From positions 3,658,001 to 3,722,000 of the forward strand of contig OZ176056.1 in NCBI GenBank assembly GCA_964247055.1: 64,000 nt of DNA, written 5' to 3'. A program made the position numbers and the translations under genes. Shown here in pieces: positions 1 to 12,872 of this stretch. Source of the DNA: Paragordius varius (taxonomy: Eukaryota > Animalia > Nematomorpha). Under the pieces are notes generated by a model. The model was not told the DNA's origin and made no database searches. It saw only the letters and a program-made list of their open reading frames with translations. Every line of letters begins with the position of its first letter. The stretch's first letter is position 1.

Positions 1-1083
1 AATTTTCTCGTTTTTAAATCTTTTTCGCTAAGTAAACAAATAATTTGTGGCTTATAATACAAATTTTGTTTTAGACCACCAATTTATCTTTAAAATAAAA
101 AAAGAATTAACTCAAAATATTCAATACTTTTTGTTACAGGGGGCAAAAACCCTCAAAAACGGGGGAAGTTAACATTTTTTGACACAAATATTTTTCATCA
201 TCTTATTAAATAAAAACACATTTTATTTTATGTTCTTGGATGTTAATAATGTTTGTTTAATTATAAATATCATTGTGTAATAGCTTTGTGGACTTTAATT
301 TTTAAAAATAAATTTAATTTTTACAGCTTTTTTGTTGTTTTTTTATGTAAAAAATGATTTAATTGACTCAGCTGCATATAATATATTCTTTATTTCATAT
401 GATATTTTTAAATATTTCCCACACCTAAATATAATCTATATCAGCTTTTTCATCGAGAATATATTATTATATACCCAAAATGTACAAAAATATAATACCC
501 AAGTATATATATATATTTATAAATTTAGGATGGACAAAAATAATGTTTGCCATATATGTGGTCAATACACAAAAAACTATTAGTATAAACATTAACACTT
601 ACATAAAAAACTATTTTGTTATATTATGGGGAACCTAGATTTGGGTCCCGAACACCAATGCAATCCAAAGAAATAGCGGCATAGGTGCATTGCGAACTTT
701 TTATCAAAATTTTTTAGGAAATTTAAAAATAACAATTACCTGGAATTAGTTAATCGACTCTTTCTATAGGATGAGTATGTATGTTATTATACCATGTTAC
801 TTAAACATTTAAATTCTTTTTTATCCAACAATATAGGACGCCGCATGAATCCAAAGCTAAATATGGTGAATTCCCATTGTGTTCTCAAAGACGCCAACGA
901 AAGAGCCAAGGGACATAATTTGGAATCTTTCGAAAAAACTATTGAAATAATATAAATTTAATTTGCTTTTATATATATAATAAATAAATTATTATTTTAT
1001 TTTACTTTCATTTAAAATCAAGATAGATTAGTGTCTTTTGCAAAATATACACTTTTAATATTAACTCTAATTAATTGAAGCAT
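1..1083 (+). repeat. Left arm of long inverted repeat
   Basis: Reverse complement of 2151..3220. By eye there are a few substitutions and one ~20-bp indel near 925-945. ORFs 332..583(+) and 2632..2889(-) are near-identical. Confidence 0.97.
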
Positions 1084-1088
1084 GTAAT

Positions 1089-2139
1089 GAGGATTTGCGT
1101 CTAATTCAATATATAATTCTCATTGAAAGTGTTACATGGGGTTTTAATTGAGATGGACGAGGCTTTTGACAGGATGCCTAGATAATCTATTTGGTGAAGT
1201 CTCCGTCGTAAAACGGTCCCAGAAAGTTATATCAAGTTGGTACATATAATGTACGAATCTCACACCTCCAGGATTAAAACTCCACAAGGTTTATCAGAGC
1301 CCTTTTCAATAAAGCACGGAGTCTACAAAGGTCATCACTCAGCCCCTTATTGTTTATAATTGTATGGACGAGATAGCCAAGGTCGTTAATGTATGCAAAT
1401 GACATAATCATCTTGTCTGATTCATTGGCTGAGTTAAAGCAAACGGTAAACAGATGGGTCATTATACTGCATCAATACGGTGTGAAAGTAAACATAGCAA
1501 CGAACTTATTACTTTTGAGGGTCCACAACTTAAAATGGAAGTAGTTGGGTTCTGAAGGGTAAAGAAAGTTGCAAATATTTGGGGGCTAAGTTAAGTTCGG
1601 TTGGATCGTTGACCGATGATATTAATTTTTAAATAAAGAGCAGTTGGATAAATTGCAAGAAAATTTCAAGCCTGTTATGTGATCGAAATATTGATGTTAG
1701 AGTGAAAGGTAAGATATACAGTTCAGTTGTACAACCCACAATGATGTATAATTCACAGACCTGGGGTGTCAAAAAATCAGAAGAAAGACATTTCAACGTG
1801 ACTGAAATGAAATGCTTAGAATGATGTGTGGGGTAACTAGGAAGGACAAAATCGAGAATAGATTTATTCGTGGGAGCACAGATATTAAACCAATAGTGGA
1901 AAGAATGTCAAAAAATAGTGTACGTTGGTTCGGGCACATTGAAAGGAGGGATTCTAATTATATTGCAAAAATAATTGATTGTCATATAGTTGAAGGAAAA
2001 CGAGGACGTGGGCCGCCTAAATCGAAATGGGTGTTCAGTAAAAAGAGTTAGCAGAATACGAGCTTAATTCAGAAGACGCCATAGCTAGACTACTATGGCG
2101 AGACAGGTTGTATAAAATGACCGCTCTCATGAATGAAAA
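1089..2139 (+). mobile_element. 5'-truncated, decayed RTE-clade non-LTR retrotransposon (RT C-terminal half)
   Basis: Frameshifted RT motifs EAFDRMPR..VPESYIKLVHIMY and MYANDIIIL (YADD-like), plus the RTE tail MLRMMCGVTRKDKIENRFIRG..VRWFGHIERR..GRGPPK. Flanked by direct repeat CATGTAAT (1081-1088, 2140-2147), read as a TSD. Confidence 0.85.
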
Positions 2140-2150
2140 CATGTAATTTA

Positions 2151-3366
2151 ATGCTTCAATTAATTAAAGTGAATATTGAATAAAGTGTATATTTTGGTCA
2201 AAAAGACACTAATCTATCTTGATTTTAAATGAAAGTAAAATAAAATAATAATTTATTTATTATATATATAATTGCAAATTAAATTTATATTATTTTCCAA
2301 ATTATGTCCCTTGGCTCTTTCGTTGGCGTCTTTGAGAACACAATGGGAATTCACCATATTTAGCTTTGGATTCATGCGGCGTCCTATATTGTTGGATAAA
2401 AAAGAATTTAAATGTTTAAGTAACATGGTATAATAACATACATACTCATCCTATAGAAAGAGTCGATTAACTAATTCCAGGTAATTGTTATTTTTAAATT
2501 TCCTAAAATATTTTGATAAAAAGTTCGCGATGCACCTATGCCGCTATTTCTTTGGATTGCATTGGTGTTCGGGACCCAAATCTAGGTTCCCCATAATATA
2601 ACAAAATAGTTTTTTATGTAAGTGTTAATGTTTATACTAATAGTTTTTTTGTGTATTGTCCACATATATGGCAAACATTATTTTTGTCCATCCTAAATTT
2701 ATAACTATATATATATACTTGGGTATTATATTTTTGTACATTTTGGGTATATAATAATATATTCTCGATGAAAAAGCTGATATAGATTATATTTAGGTGT
2801 GGGAAATATTTAAAAATATCATATGAAATAAAGAATATATTATATGCAGCTGAGTCAATTAAATCATTTTTTACATAAAAAAACAACAAAAAAGCTGTAA
2901 AAATTAAATTTATTTTTAAAAATTAAAGTCCACAAAGCTATTACACAATGATATTTATAATTAAACAAACATTATTAACATCCAAGAACATAAAATAAAA
3001 TGTGTTTTTATTTAATAAGATGATGAAAAATATTTGTGTCAAAAAATGTTAACTTCCCCCGTTTTTGAGGGTTTTTGCCCCCTGTAACAAAAAGTATTGA
3101 ATATTTTGAGTTAATTCTTTTTTTATTTTAAAGATAAATTGGTGGTCTAAAATAAAATTTGTATTATAAGCCACAAATTATTTGTTTACTTAGCGAAAAA
3201 GATTTAAAAACGAGAAAATTTTGGATATGTATAAATATGGAAAAAGTCCCATATCTCGAAAACAACCTGGGTAAGTAAAAATATTTTTTTCACAATTCTG
3301 ATCACAATTTTATAAGGAATCAGAAAATATTTAAAAATTTTGTCCAGAAAAAGTTGTGTCACAGTG
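2151..3366 (-). repeat. Right arm of long inverted repeat
   Basis: Mirror of 1..1083, plus 146 bp (3221..3366) whose partner would lie upstream of the window. Confidence 0.95.
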
Positions 3367-4040
3367 TAATATTTGGGACATTCGGAGAGCACATCTATTC
3401 ATAATTTTAAAAATATTTTTAGCTTTTTATATGTAGGGACTGATAAATTAAAGCGGATTAACGGATAAACAATTAGCTTTCACCAAAAAATTATTACTCT
3501 TATATTCGTGCAATGTCCTTTTCTGATATGGGTAGTTGCCTCAAAAGTGGCATTTATTTTAAATCACTCATTAGGAAAAATGAAATTTTGATATATTGTC
3601 GATCTTATATAGATTTTTTTGCTGACACTTTGTATATTAATGATAAATGGAAAAAAGCATTTAACCTTTACAAATAAATTAATTTGATTATTGCGGGCTA
3701 ATTTCGAAAACTGACTGAGAACTACGACAAAGATGCAAATATCCCGCATGAGCCTCAAAACCAAAATCACCATGTTAAGTTAAATTACATCTTCTATAAC
3801 AATATGTATATTCCAATATTTAATTTTGTGGACAGTGTTGTATCAGAAAACTTTAAGTTCCTCAAAGAAATTAAAACTTTTTCCAGATAATTCGTCAAAT
3901 AAAAAGAATAATATTTTTAAACGTATAAAGTTTAAAACTGATATGAATATTTGCCACACCTAAAATTATTTTAACCTTAAGTGATAAATTCATTAAAACA
4001 TCCTACCTTTACCATATGCTTATTTAGATCAAACAGAGGG

Positions 4041-7000
4041 ATGGATTTAATTAAAAAACAGGCCACTAACGATGATTGGGATACTGATCCCCATTTTATC
4101 GTATAATTTATGTTATTTTAGAATAATCTAACTGAGGAGGATTCTAGATGGGGATCAAAAACTGTCGAAGGTTCTGGCCATTCTGAATCATTAAAGTAAT
4201 TTTTAATTAGTTTAACCCTTTTTATCGGCCTAATAATTATTTCTTGCTTTATATTTTTAGTATGAATGAATTACGTGATCTAGTCCAAAAATCGCATTCA
4301 GAAGTTATACAAGATAATTTCGCAAAGCACATGCCAAAAGCCTCATATGGATACGGTGGAAAATTTGGCATCGAAACCGATCGAATCGATAAAGTTTTTA
4401 ATTGAATTTATAAAAATTTGGTGAAAATGAAATTTTATATTTTTAATAATTTAATTTAAATATTATTATTTATGGTGGGCATAAGCGACCAAATTAATCT
4501 TGTTTTTTTAATTTTTTAAGCTTCACTTTAAAATAATCGCAACTATTTTTATACTATAATAGTTTATATATGGCTTGAAAAGTGATTAGTAAATTTTTTA
4601 TATTTTGCTGTCATTATTTTACTAATTTTTTTATGTTTTTTCAAATTAGTTTTATATATTTAAGAATAATTTTCATTTTATAACATATTTTAACTTGGCA
4701 TTTTTTTAATTTTTAACTCAATATATTTTATATTGTCACATGGGTAAAAATGCTTTTAGTAAATAATTATCAAATTTTAAATTTTTTTTAAATTTATTTA
4801 AGTATATAATTTTGTTTGGCATAAAGATAATCTTGACAATATTTTATAATTTGACTTTTACTTTCTCATAAAATTTAAATTTCTTTTACAATTAACTATG
4901 TCTTTTTCAAATTTGATTGTATCTATTCAAAAAAATCTAACCTAATAAATATAATTTATGTTAATAATTTTTTTAATTGTGTTCGAATAAACAATAATAA
5001 ATTCATAATATCAACCTATTATAATATGTTTAAATTTTTTATTAACACATATCTCTATGCTTTTTAATTGTTAAATTTAATTAGAAAATATTTCAATTTT
5101 TTAAATTTATCTGTGAACAGTTGTTGTTATAAATATTCTACACATTTAAAAAATTAAATAAATATTATTTATTCTCTTTTGTTGTCTTTAATTCAAAAAT
5201 TTAAAATTACCAATTTAATAATCTTCCTATTTGTAAATATTTTTATTCAAAAACTTTATATTATTTGAAATAATTTTTAGAATGCACATGGTATAGATTA
5301 TATTGCTGATGTTCCCAAGCACTCTTCACAAACAGGTGATTTTACTTTGGACAAAATATTTTTTTTATAAAATAAAAAATTAATCGAAATAAAAAAATCA
5401 AATGCTTAATTAAAAGATTATGTTTTTGGGTTTGGCGGCAAATTTGGACTTCAAAAGGACCGACAGGATGTTTGCGCACATGATTGGAAACATGTGGAAA
5501 AGGTGGAAAAACATTCTTCACAAATCGGTTTTTAGAAACTTTTTTATCAATAAAATTTTTAATTCATCTTTTTTATTAAATATATCTTTTTTTATATTAT
5601 AGTTATAATTTTATTGAAAAAATTATTTATTATATATTTTATAGATTTTAAAATAATAAAATGATATCGTTTACATAGTTTTTTAAAAATTTGATATTAT
5701 TTATATACATAATTTCCATTTGAAAATTAAACAATCCCTTAACATATAAAACACCGTAGGATACGGATTTTAATCATATCTGATATTTATTTTTTATGCA
5801 TACTGTAATATTTGTTCTTTATGACTCATCAATTATGTTAACTTTTATAATTTTTTAACATTTTTGCAATAGTATGTAATTTTTATTTTTGTTTGCCACA
5901 TACTGTTTTTATTTAAAATTTATTAAAATATTATTATGAATCGGAAAAATATGATTAAAAAAATTATTTTCCCGCCTAAGCCTAAAAGATGCAAAAAATT
6001 GATTTAAAAATAAAAAATTTTATAATCTTGATATTCATGAAAAATTTTGTTAATGTATAAATTATCAATTTTTACGCTAATTGGCCGTTTTACTAAAAAA
6101 TCTTTTTTGGATACGTTTAAGATTTTGATATTAAGCAAGCCTTTTTATTTAAAAATTATATCATAGTTTTTTTATTTATTCAATTGAAAACAGAGCCCAC
6201 ACCTCTTAACTACTTAGTTTGCTTATAAAATGCACTTCGATCTTCGAATAATATTCTCATTTTTTAGTTAAAATCATTCAAAGTTGTTTATTTTTTTAAA
6301 AAAACTAGGTATAAATATTGATGAATAGAGTTATTTTAAGACATTATAATTAATAACCAAAAACAATAAAACAATTGATAATACATTTTATTTTTTTGAC
6401 ACACATATATTTTTTATGGAAATTATATATAACTTTGAAATTAAGATATTTTTACTCAAGTTTTTACCAAAAAAATGCGGATAGGGTCACTTCGAAGAGT
6501 GGTTAGTTTTGTTTAATATAATCAAGGATTGTTATCATTTTCAAAAAGCAATAGTTTTTATGATCAACCTTACTTACATATTAATAAATAATTATTTGAA
6601 AATTTAAAACTAAAATTTTCTTGTTATAAAAAATAATTTTAACTAATTTTGGTTTTAGATTATGCAAAAGGTTTTGGAGGCAAATTTGGCGTTCAAAATG
6701 GCAGCCATGATACATGTGCCCTCGCCTGGGATCATAAAGAAACTATTGAACCACATTCTTCACAAAAAGGTTTTTTTTCTACAATATTTGATAATTGATA
6801 AATTTTATTATGACAATTTTTTCAAATTAACGGAATAGTTTGATATTTGCTGTTATTACAGTTGTGAAAATTAAATTAAACATATATATATATATATAAT
6901 TAAAATAAAGTTTAATATTTTAACTTTAAAGTTTTTATAAGGCCATATATCTATATACAGTCAAGCCTATTTTGGTCGGATTTTTTTGTAAGATGACCCC

Positions 7001-9025
7001 TTTTTTACCATTTTTGTAAATCTTTTGTCTTCTGGGTTTATTTTTTAAATGGTAGTAAAAATTTATAAGCATTTGAAATTTTGAACAATATAAGTGTATA
7101 GATCGCCATAATTAATTCAAAATACTTTAATTAAGTTTATACAGTCTTAAAAATTTTAATAAAAATTATTAAGAATTGATAGGGCATATTTTTTCAGGTC
7201 ATTTTTTTATAGGTTATTTTTTTGAAAAACCTTTTAAAGATTTTTTTATTAAATTATTAAAAAAATTAGATTACGCTAAAGGGTTTGGGGGAAAGTATGG
7301 CGTTAATCAACAAAGTTTCGATAAATCAGCCCTGGGTTGGGATTATAAGGCTGAAATTGAATTACATCCTTCTCAAATAGGTTTTTATTTTAAAACAATT
7401 TTTTTCTCTGTTAATCTAATAAATTTTATTACCATTTTTTTATACATAAAGTTTTATTGCTTAATTTGTGAGGTTTAATTATTGTAAAGTAGCTTTTAAA
7501 TTTAAAAATGCTGTTACAATTAGTTGATAAAACAATTCGAAAAGCATCGGAAAAGTCAATATCAACTCCTACACAAAATGTCGATATAATGGGAAAAACA
7601 AAAGGTTTTTTTTACATTTTTTTTTAAGTTGCACAGAAAATTAACTCTAAAATGGTTTATTTTACGATATATTGATTTGTTAAATGTAAAGAGTTTTCTA
7701 AAATTTGATAACATGATAAGATAATCTTTGCAAAATATAAATGGGCCTTACACAATCATAAAATAATTTTTCGTTGTTCAATTAAAAGCTTGTGTAAAAT
7801 TCATTCCTAAATTTTTACAAAAAATCCGTTATAAACTTTAATAATGTTTCACCCGAAAAATTTTCTAACTCCTTTAAAAATTATGTAATTTTATTTATTA
7901 GAATTTGGTAATTATATATTTTCACCCCATTTTAGTATCTACTTTGCAAAACTCCAAAACTACTGCAAGCAATGGTATTAAAACGCATGAAATTGATAAT
8001 AATGTTAAAGCTATTGAAACAAATGGAAATGATTCCAATACAATGATAGATGTTAAAAATGCCAAAAAATATTTTGAAAATGAAATTAGGAGTCAAACTC
8101 AATCGGCCCGAAAGCTTTCTGCTATTCAACTTAAAATTCAACGTTGGGATGCAAAATGTACAAACAATAATTGTAATGGTAATACAATTAATAATAATTT
8201 TAATTCACCCAAAACGAACACTGGTATAAGTAGTATAAAGAAAAGTAATGTGGTTGAAATGGAGAAAGAAAAACATTTAACGAGTAATAGTTTACTAAAG
8301 TATATATGGATTTTATTAAAAAAATTGTTTTAAAAGATTGTATTTGGCAGTGACGAGGGCTATTTTAAGCCATATCTGTATTTTAAATGGATAGTTTATG
8401 AGTTTTTTTGCTAAGTTGAAAATTTTATTAGTAACACTATTGAATTCATTATGAAAAATTAAGTATTAATATTAATGATAAAATGAATTTAAGGCAACAA
8501 TCTAAATAAAATATCCTTTTAACCATTTAAAATACAGATATGGCTAATAAAAGCTCTCGTGACTGTATATGATAGTCAACTTAGGGTAAAAATAAAATGC
8601 ATATATTCTTACAACGCATTAATATATATATATATATTATATATAAATGGGAAATATTATTTGCCTAAAGTTATTTTATGGAATTTTTTTGCCATTAGTC
8701 ATTACTGCTGATATATGCTATCTGACAATATTTATCGTAAAAATTAGCATTGTAATTTTTATTAATATAATATATTATATCAAATTTTTAATTTGTTTTA
8801 AAAGTATTTATTTACTATAGCTTTTTGGGTTTTTAAAAAATGTAATATTATAACAAGCTATTAGCTATAGATATTATGGTTTATTGTTAATTTTGTATGA
8901 TAACATGTTGACTTTAAAATGAAGTAGGGGCATTGGTTTTATTGGGATTAAAGTTATGATGCCACCTAGTATTTTAATATTTTTGGCCAGTTATAAAGTT
9001 TGTCTTTATGCAATATTTCAAAAAA

Positions 9026-9068
<43 letters not shown>

Positions 9069-10862
9069 CATTCCGAAAATACAATATAAAATGCGATTTT
9101 TTCGTTTTCTCTTCCTTTTGTCCATTAATATTTCCTGTAACTGTATATGATTATAAATTTTTATCCTTACTATATATCATGAATCATATATCAAAATGTT
9201 TTTGCATGCATATTATTAGATGGAACAAAACATCAATTTAACCATGATTCTACACCAACGTCTATAAGTAAACCTGAAACCAATAATATTACATCACCCA
9301 ATAAAACTTTTAATGTATACTCAAATCCAAAAACTATTGAATCGACCGATTTCAATCATCAAAATCTTGTAAGTCCTACCCTAATATCAAATGATAATAG
9401 CCCTCAAATAAGCAATGAATTGGATAACATAGAACCAATAAATAATTTATATAATAAAAATGATTTACAAGAGATAAATGGTAATACCACAAGTTACGTC
9501 AAAATTAACGTTAAAGATAAAATTAAAAACTTTCAAAATGGCACACAAACACCAACTAAAAGTCCTGTAGTTAAAAAGGAAGATGGTATATCCAACAATG
9601 AACACGAATTAAAGTGTCATATTGTAAATCAAGTCGAAACAAAAGCAAATAATTTGGAAAATGATTCTCGGGATACATTCAACGATCATAATAACTGCAG
9701 TAAAAATGATATTGCCTTTAAATCAGAATCGTTGAGCAATCAAAATTCACCCCAATTTAATAATTGTAACATAAATTTACCAAACGGAAAAACTACTGAA
9801 CACATATTATCAACTGAAAATAACTATGCACTTTATCAAAATTTGTCTGAAGTTCAAACAACGCCAGAAAAGGAAATTGTTAATAAAAGTAATGGTGATA
9901 TTCATAACATACCACCATCCGAATCTGTATTAACTCATAATACCCACAATGGTTTAAATCATGCAAATTATAATAGCTCATCAGATATTAATGTTGAAAT
10001 TGAATCTTTAAAGACTCCTGAAAATTTGGGTATTAAAGCCATAGCTTTGTACGATTATCAAGCAAGTATGGAAAAAAAGATTAAAAAATATAAATTTATT
10101 TTTTTTAAAAAAAATGGATTTTATTTTTGTTTCCAAAACGGTCAAAATTTAAAATTATTTTTAGAGGATGGAATTGATTATTTTTAACATTTTTTAATTT
10201 TAAAATGTGTTTTATTAGCTTTTTTTGAGAAAAATTGTAATTCAAAGAATATTTGAATAATAATTAATATATTTATGTTTTTTTATTATTGTAGACGAAG
10301 ATGATGAGTTAACATTCGATCCAGGCGAACTTATAACGCATATAAATAAGGTATTTTTTTATATTCAAAAATAATTTATTTATTCAATATACTTTTTTGT
10401 AAAGTATTACAGTGAGCTCCCCTCATAATGAAATTAATAGACGAAGGAATAATTATTTTATGTTGATAAATTTTTACATAACTTAACTCGCTAGTTAATG
10501 AGTATTCTCAAATTATTATGTTAGTTTTTTAGATTTTCAACCAATAAAATATGATAATCATTTTAAGAAAAATCTTAACATGGATAATAACCCATTATAT
10601 ATATTCCTATATTAGCTGAATTATAAGGAGACTACAATAAATTAAATAAATTTTTGTTTCTCATATTTTTATCAATCAAATTTTTATACTTACGTTAGTC
10701 AAAAACAACCTTTTGATATTTTATACCCAAAGATACATTTAAAAATTATTTATTTTATTGGTAATATAGATTGATGAAGGGTGGTGGAATGGAGTTTGCC
10801 GAGGGAAATTTGGCTTATTCCCAGCCAATTATGTACAATTAGTTGAGGAACAATCAAATTAA
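4041..10862 (+). CDS. CTTN: Cortactin, ~672 aa; exons 4041-4100, 4122-4195, 4261-4393, 5281-5335, 5417-5527, 6659-6769, 7270-7380, 7524-7604, 7936-8223, 9220-10065, 10295-10350, 10770-10862
   Basis: NTA motif [22 protein letters not shown]; four ~37-aa cortactin repeats (GYGGKFG/GFGGKFG..HSSQ), three of them on 111-nt exons; C-terminal SH3 ([33 protein letters not shown]). All junctions are GT-AG and in phase; total 2019 nt. The start codon and linker exons are less certain. Confidence 0.95.
8348..8565. mobile_element. MITE with CAGT termini (pogo/Tigger-like) in a cortactin intron
   Basis: ~45-bp imperfect TIRs: CAGTGACGAGGGCTATTTTAAGCCATATCTGTATTTTAAATGG and CCATTTAAAATACAGATATGGCTAATAAAAGCTCTCGTGACTG. 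TA on the right flank only. Confidence 0.7.
9034..9067. repeat. (TA)17 microsatellite
   Basis: Direct reading. Similar (TA)n tracts at 20100-20125 and 55755-55784. Confidence 0.95.
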
Positions 10863-11134
10863 ATTTTATCATAGATGATTATATTTAATCAAAAATATTT
10901 TTTTCACCGCTTTGATGATAATATAAATTTAAATAATAGCGTAGTTTTAGTAAATGAATCAAAAAAATATATTTTATTAAACTATAAATGTAACTATTTA
11001 ATATTTTCCATTTATGCGTTTTACAATCATGTATTCCAGTATCTTCCATTAATTTAGCATTAAAAGGAAATTAATTACAGTGAAAACCTTATGTAAATTG
11101 ACCATATAAAAATGCATTTAATTGTTAAATTAAA

Positions 11135-11415
11135 CCATTCACTGTTCAAATTCACCCTTAAACAATTTAAATTCACCCTCGAACAATTCGATTCACCTTC
11201 AAATAAATTATGTGTTTTTTGAGATTAAAAATTATCAATATTTTTAAATATTTTAAAAAATAAAATGTTGTAAATTAAAATACTGAAAAAATAATAAACT
11301 ATGCCATATATATTTATATTAATAATAAGTTTTAATATTCCGAAAACTCATTATTGTTTTTATGAGTGAATATTGTTCGATGGTGAATTAGAATTGTTTA
11401 AGGGTGTGTAAACGA
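11135..11415. mobile_element. MITE with 21-bp subterminal tandem repeats, degenerate copy
   Basis: CCATTCACTG followed by about three units of TTCAAATTCACCCTTAAACAA; inverted units at the right end; interior similar to 30358..30749. Confidence 0.75.
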
Positions 11416-11719
11416 TATATTGAAAAATTTATTATTACAAATATTTATTGATTTATATATACTAATATTTTTAATTTATATAACTTTATATTCATCCTAA
11501 CCAATTTTTAAGCCATTTTAATATTATATGAGCATGTTTATACTTAATATTTAGTATGGTTTGTAAATTGAATTTTAATAAATATATAACCGTTATTTTT
11601 CACATTAAAATCATTTATTGGATACAAGCATTTCTTTTAGTTTATGAATGGGGTTAAAATTTAACATATTGATATATATTTAAAAGTTTTATATCACAAT
11701 CCACAACAGCGGTCCTCCT

Positions 11720-12025
11720 ATGCACATTGCAGGGGTTTTTAATATAACGGAAAGAAAACTTGTGTATTATATTTTTAAGTATCAAGCAAAATGACTCCAC
11801 TTATCGACTGTTTGCGCACAAATCGTCTGAGATTCAATGGTCATGTGACGCCCATATTATAGTTGCCCGCATGAGCAATTTTTCTACAAGTTTACGAAAT
11901 CGTAAATGGCGACGATTGAGAAGTTGGCTTTCCTTTGTGGAAAACGGCTATTGTAAATCTGAAAATTGAAGATTAACAGGACCGATGTTTATGGCATAAG
12001 GCTATCCACAAAGGGTTACCTTATT
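11720..12025 (+). mobile_element. Short decayed RTE-like 3' fragment
   Basis: TPLIDCLRTNRLRFNGHV resembles the RTE C-terminal RLRWFGHV motif; ends in TTATTATT. Confidence 0.4.
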
Positions 12026-12169
12026 ATTGGTAGAAAAAAACCCTTAAAGACTATGTGTCCAGCAATACTGCCAGGAATTTCATAAAAAGTTACTGTAGTT
12101 TTATGTTAAAGATGTAGTTATAAGTTGTTACAGGTTTAACCAGATGAGACGTGTGTGAAAAACACGCAA

Positions 12170-12872
12170 TCGATTTTACGGACCCCATTTTGATCATTTG
12201 ACTTTAAACGACAAATACATACAAGGTGAGTCCAATATTAGTGTCTTTATTCTATCGTTTAGTAATGCCGAATTTTGCGACTAAGATTTGTGGAACGCAT
12301 TGGCATTAAATGAAAAAGGTTGTTAAAGGTTATCGTTTGCTGGAACAAACATATGGTTAACATGCTTTATCGTTAACAGATGTGAAGCATGGTTTTGAAA
12401 CAATAAAAGTTGTGATTTTAGGCTAAAGAGTGTGGGCGCTCTGGTAGATCACACAACTGCTAAAACGCTATCACCTTCAAGCCGGTTAACATAACCAGAA
12501 GACCATGGTCTGTGTGGTGAGCGGGATTGTGCAATATGAACTTTATAAATTTGGTGAAACCTGATTTTACATGACCAGGCTCCATCTGTGACAGCAAAAC
12601 CAGTGAAAGACAGGCGAATTCGCTTCGTTTCCTCTGAATTTATTTGACTTGGTGCCAACTCACTAATACAATCGCATCAATGGGAAAGACCATCGAAATG
12701 CAGCACAATTTTGAAGAAATGGCTTGGTGGATTGTTTACGCAAAAGATAATCTAGGCTCGGACTCATATTACATGAGAAATGGGCGAAATGTGCAACTGA
12801 TCAATTTAATTTAAATATTTAATTTAATTACATGTTTCTTACCAAAAATCGGTAAAAGCTTTATGCGCCCTG
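12170..12872 (+). mobile_element. Decayed mariner (Mos1-like) relic
   Basis: Frameshifted similarity to Mos1 segments (GIVQYEL..GET, AKPVK, KWLGG..AKD, EKWAKC). The right end ...GCTTTATGCGCCCTG is followed by TA. The left boundary is approximate. Confidence 0.65.

Larger units (their letters stand above)
1..3366. mobile_element. Palindromic (foldback-like) non-autonomous DNA transposon, Chapaev3-like; left end lies outside the window
   Basis: 1..1083 is a near-perfect inverted copy of 2151..3220, and the right arm continues to ...GTTGTGTCACAGTG (3366) followed by TAA. A CACTG terminus with a TWA flank fits Chapaev3/CMC elements. Both arms carry a decayed zinc-finger N-terminus (MDKNNVCHICGQYTK..INTYIKNYF..WVPN) resembling the CxxCG..WAPH transposase N-terminus. 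The superfamily call is from recalled motifs. Confidence 0.7.

Noticed and set aside
332-2889. Twin ORFs 332..583 and 2632..2889 as duplicated host genes
   Set aside because: They are AT-rich open frames in transposon arms; only the last ~15 codons resemble a decayed transposase start.
3564-3773. ORF divergent from cortactin
   Set aside because: No recognisable homology, and I could not build a consistent spliced frame. It remains possible but is unsupported.
4101-4121. Stop-codon reassignment or readthrough instead of a 21-nt intron
   Set aside because: TAA, TAG and TGA all terminate conserved proteins here, and the homologue alignment has no 7-aa insertion.
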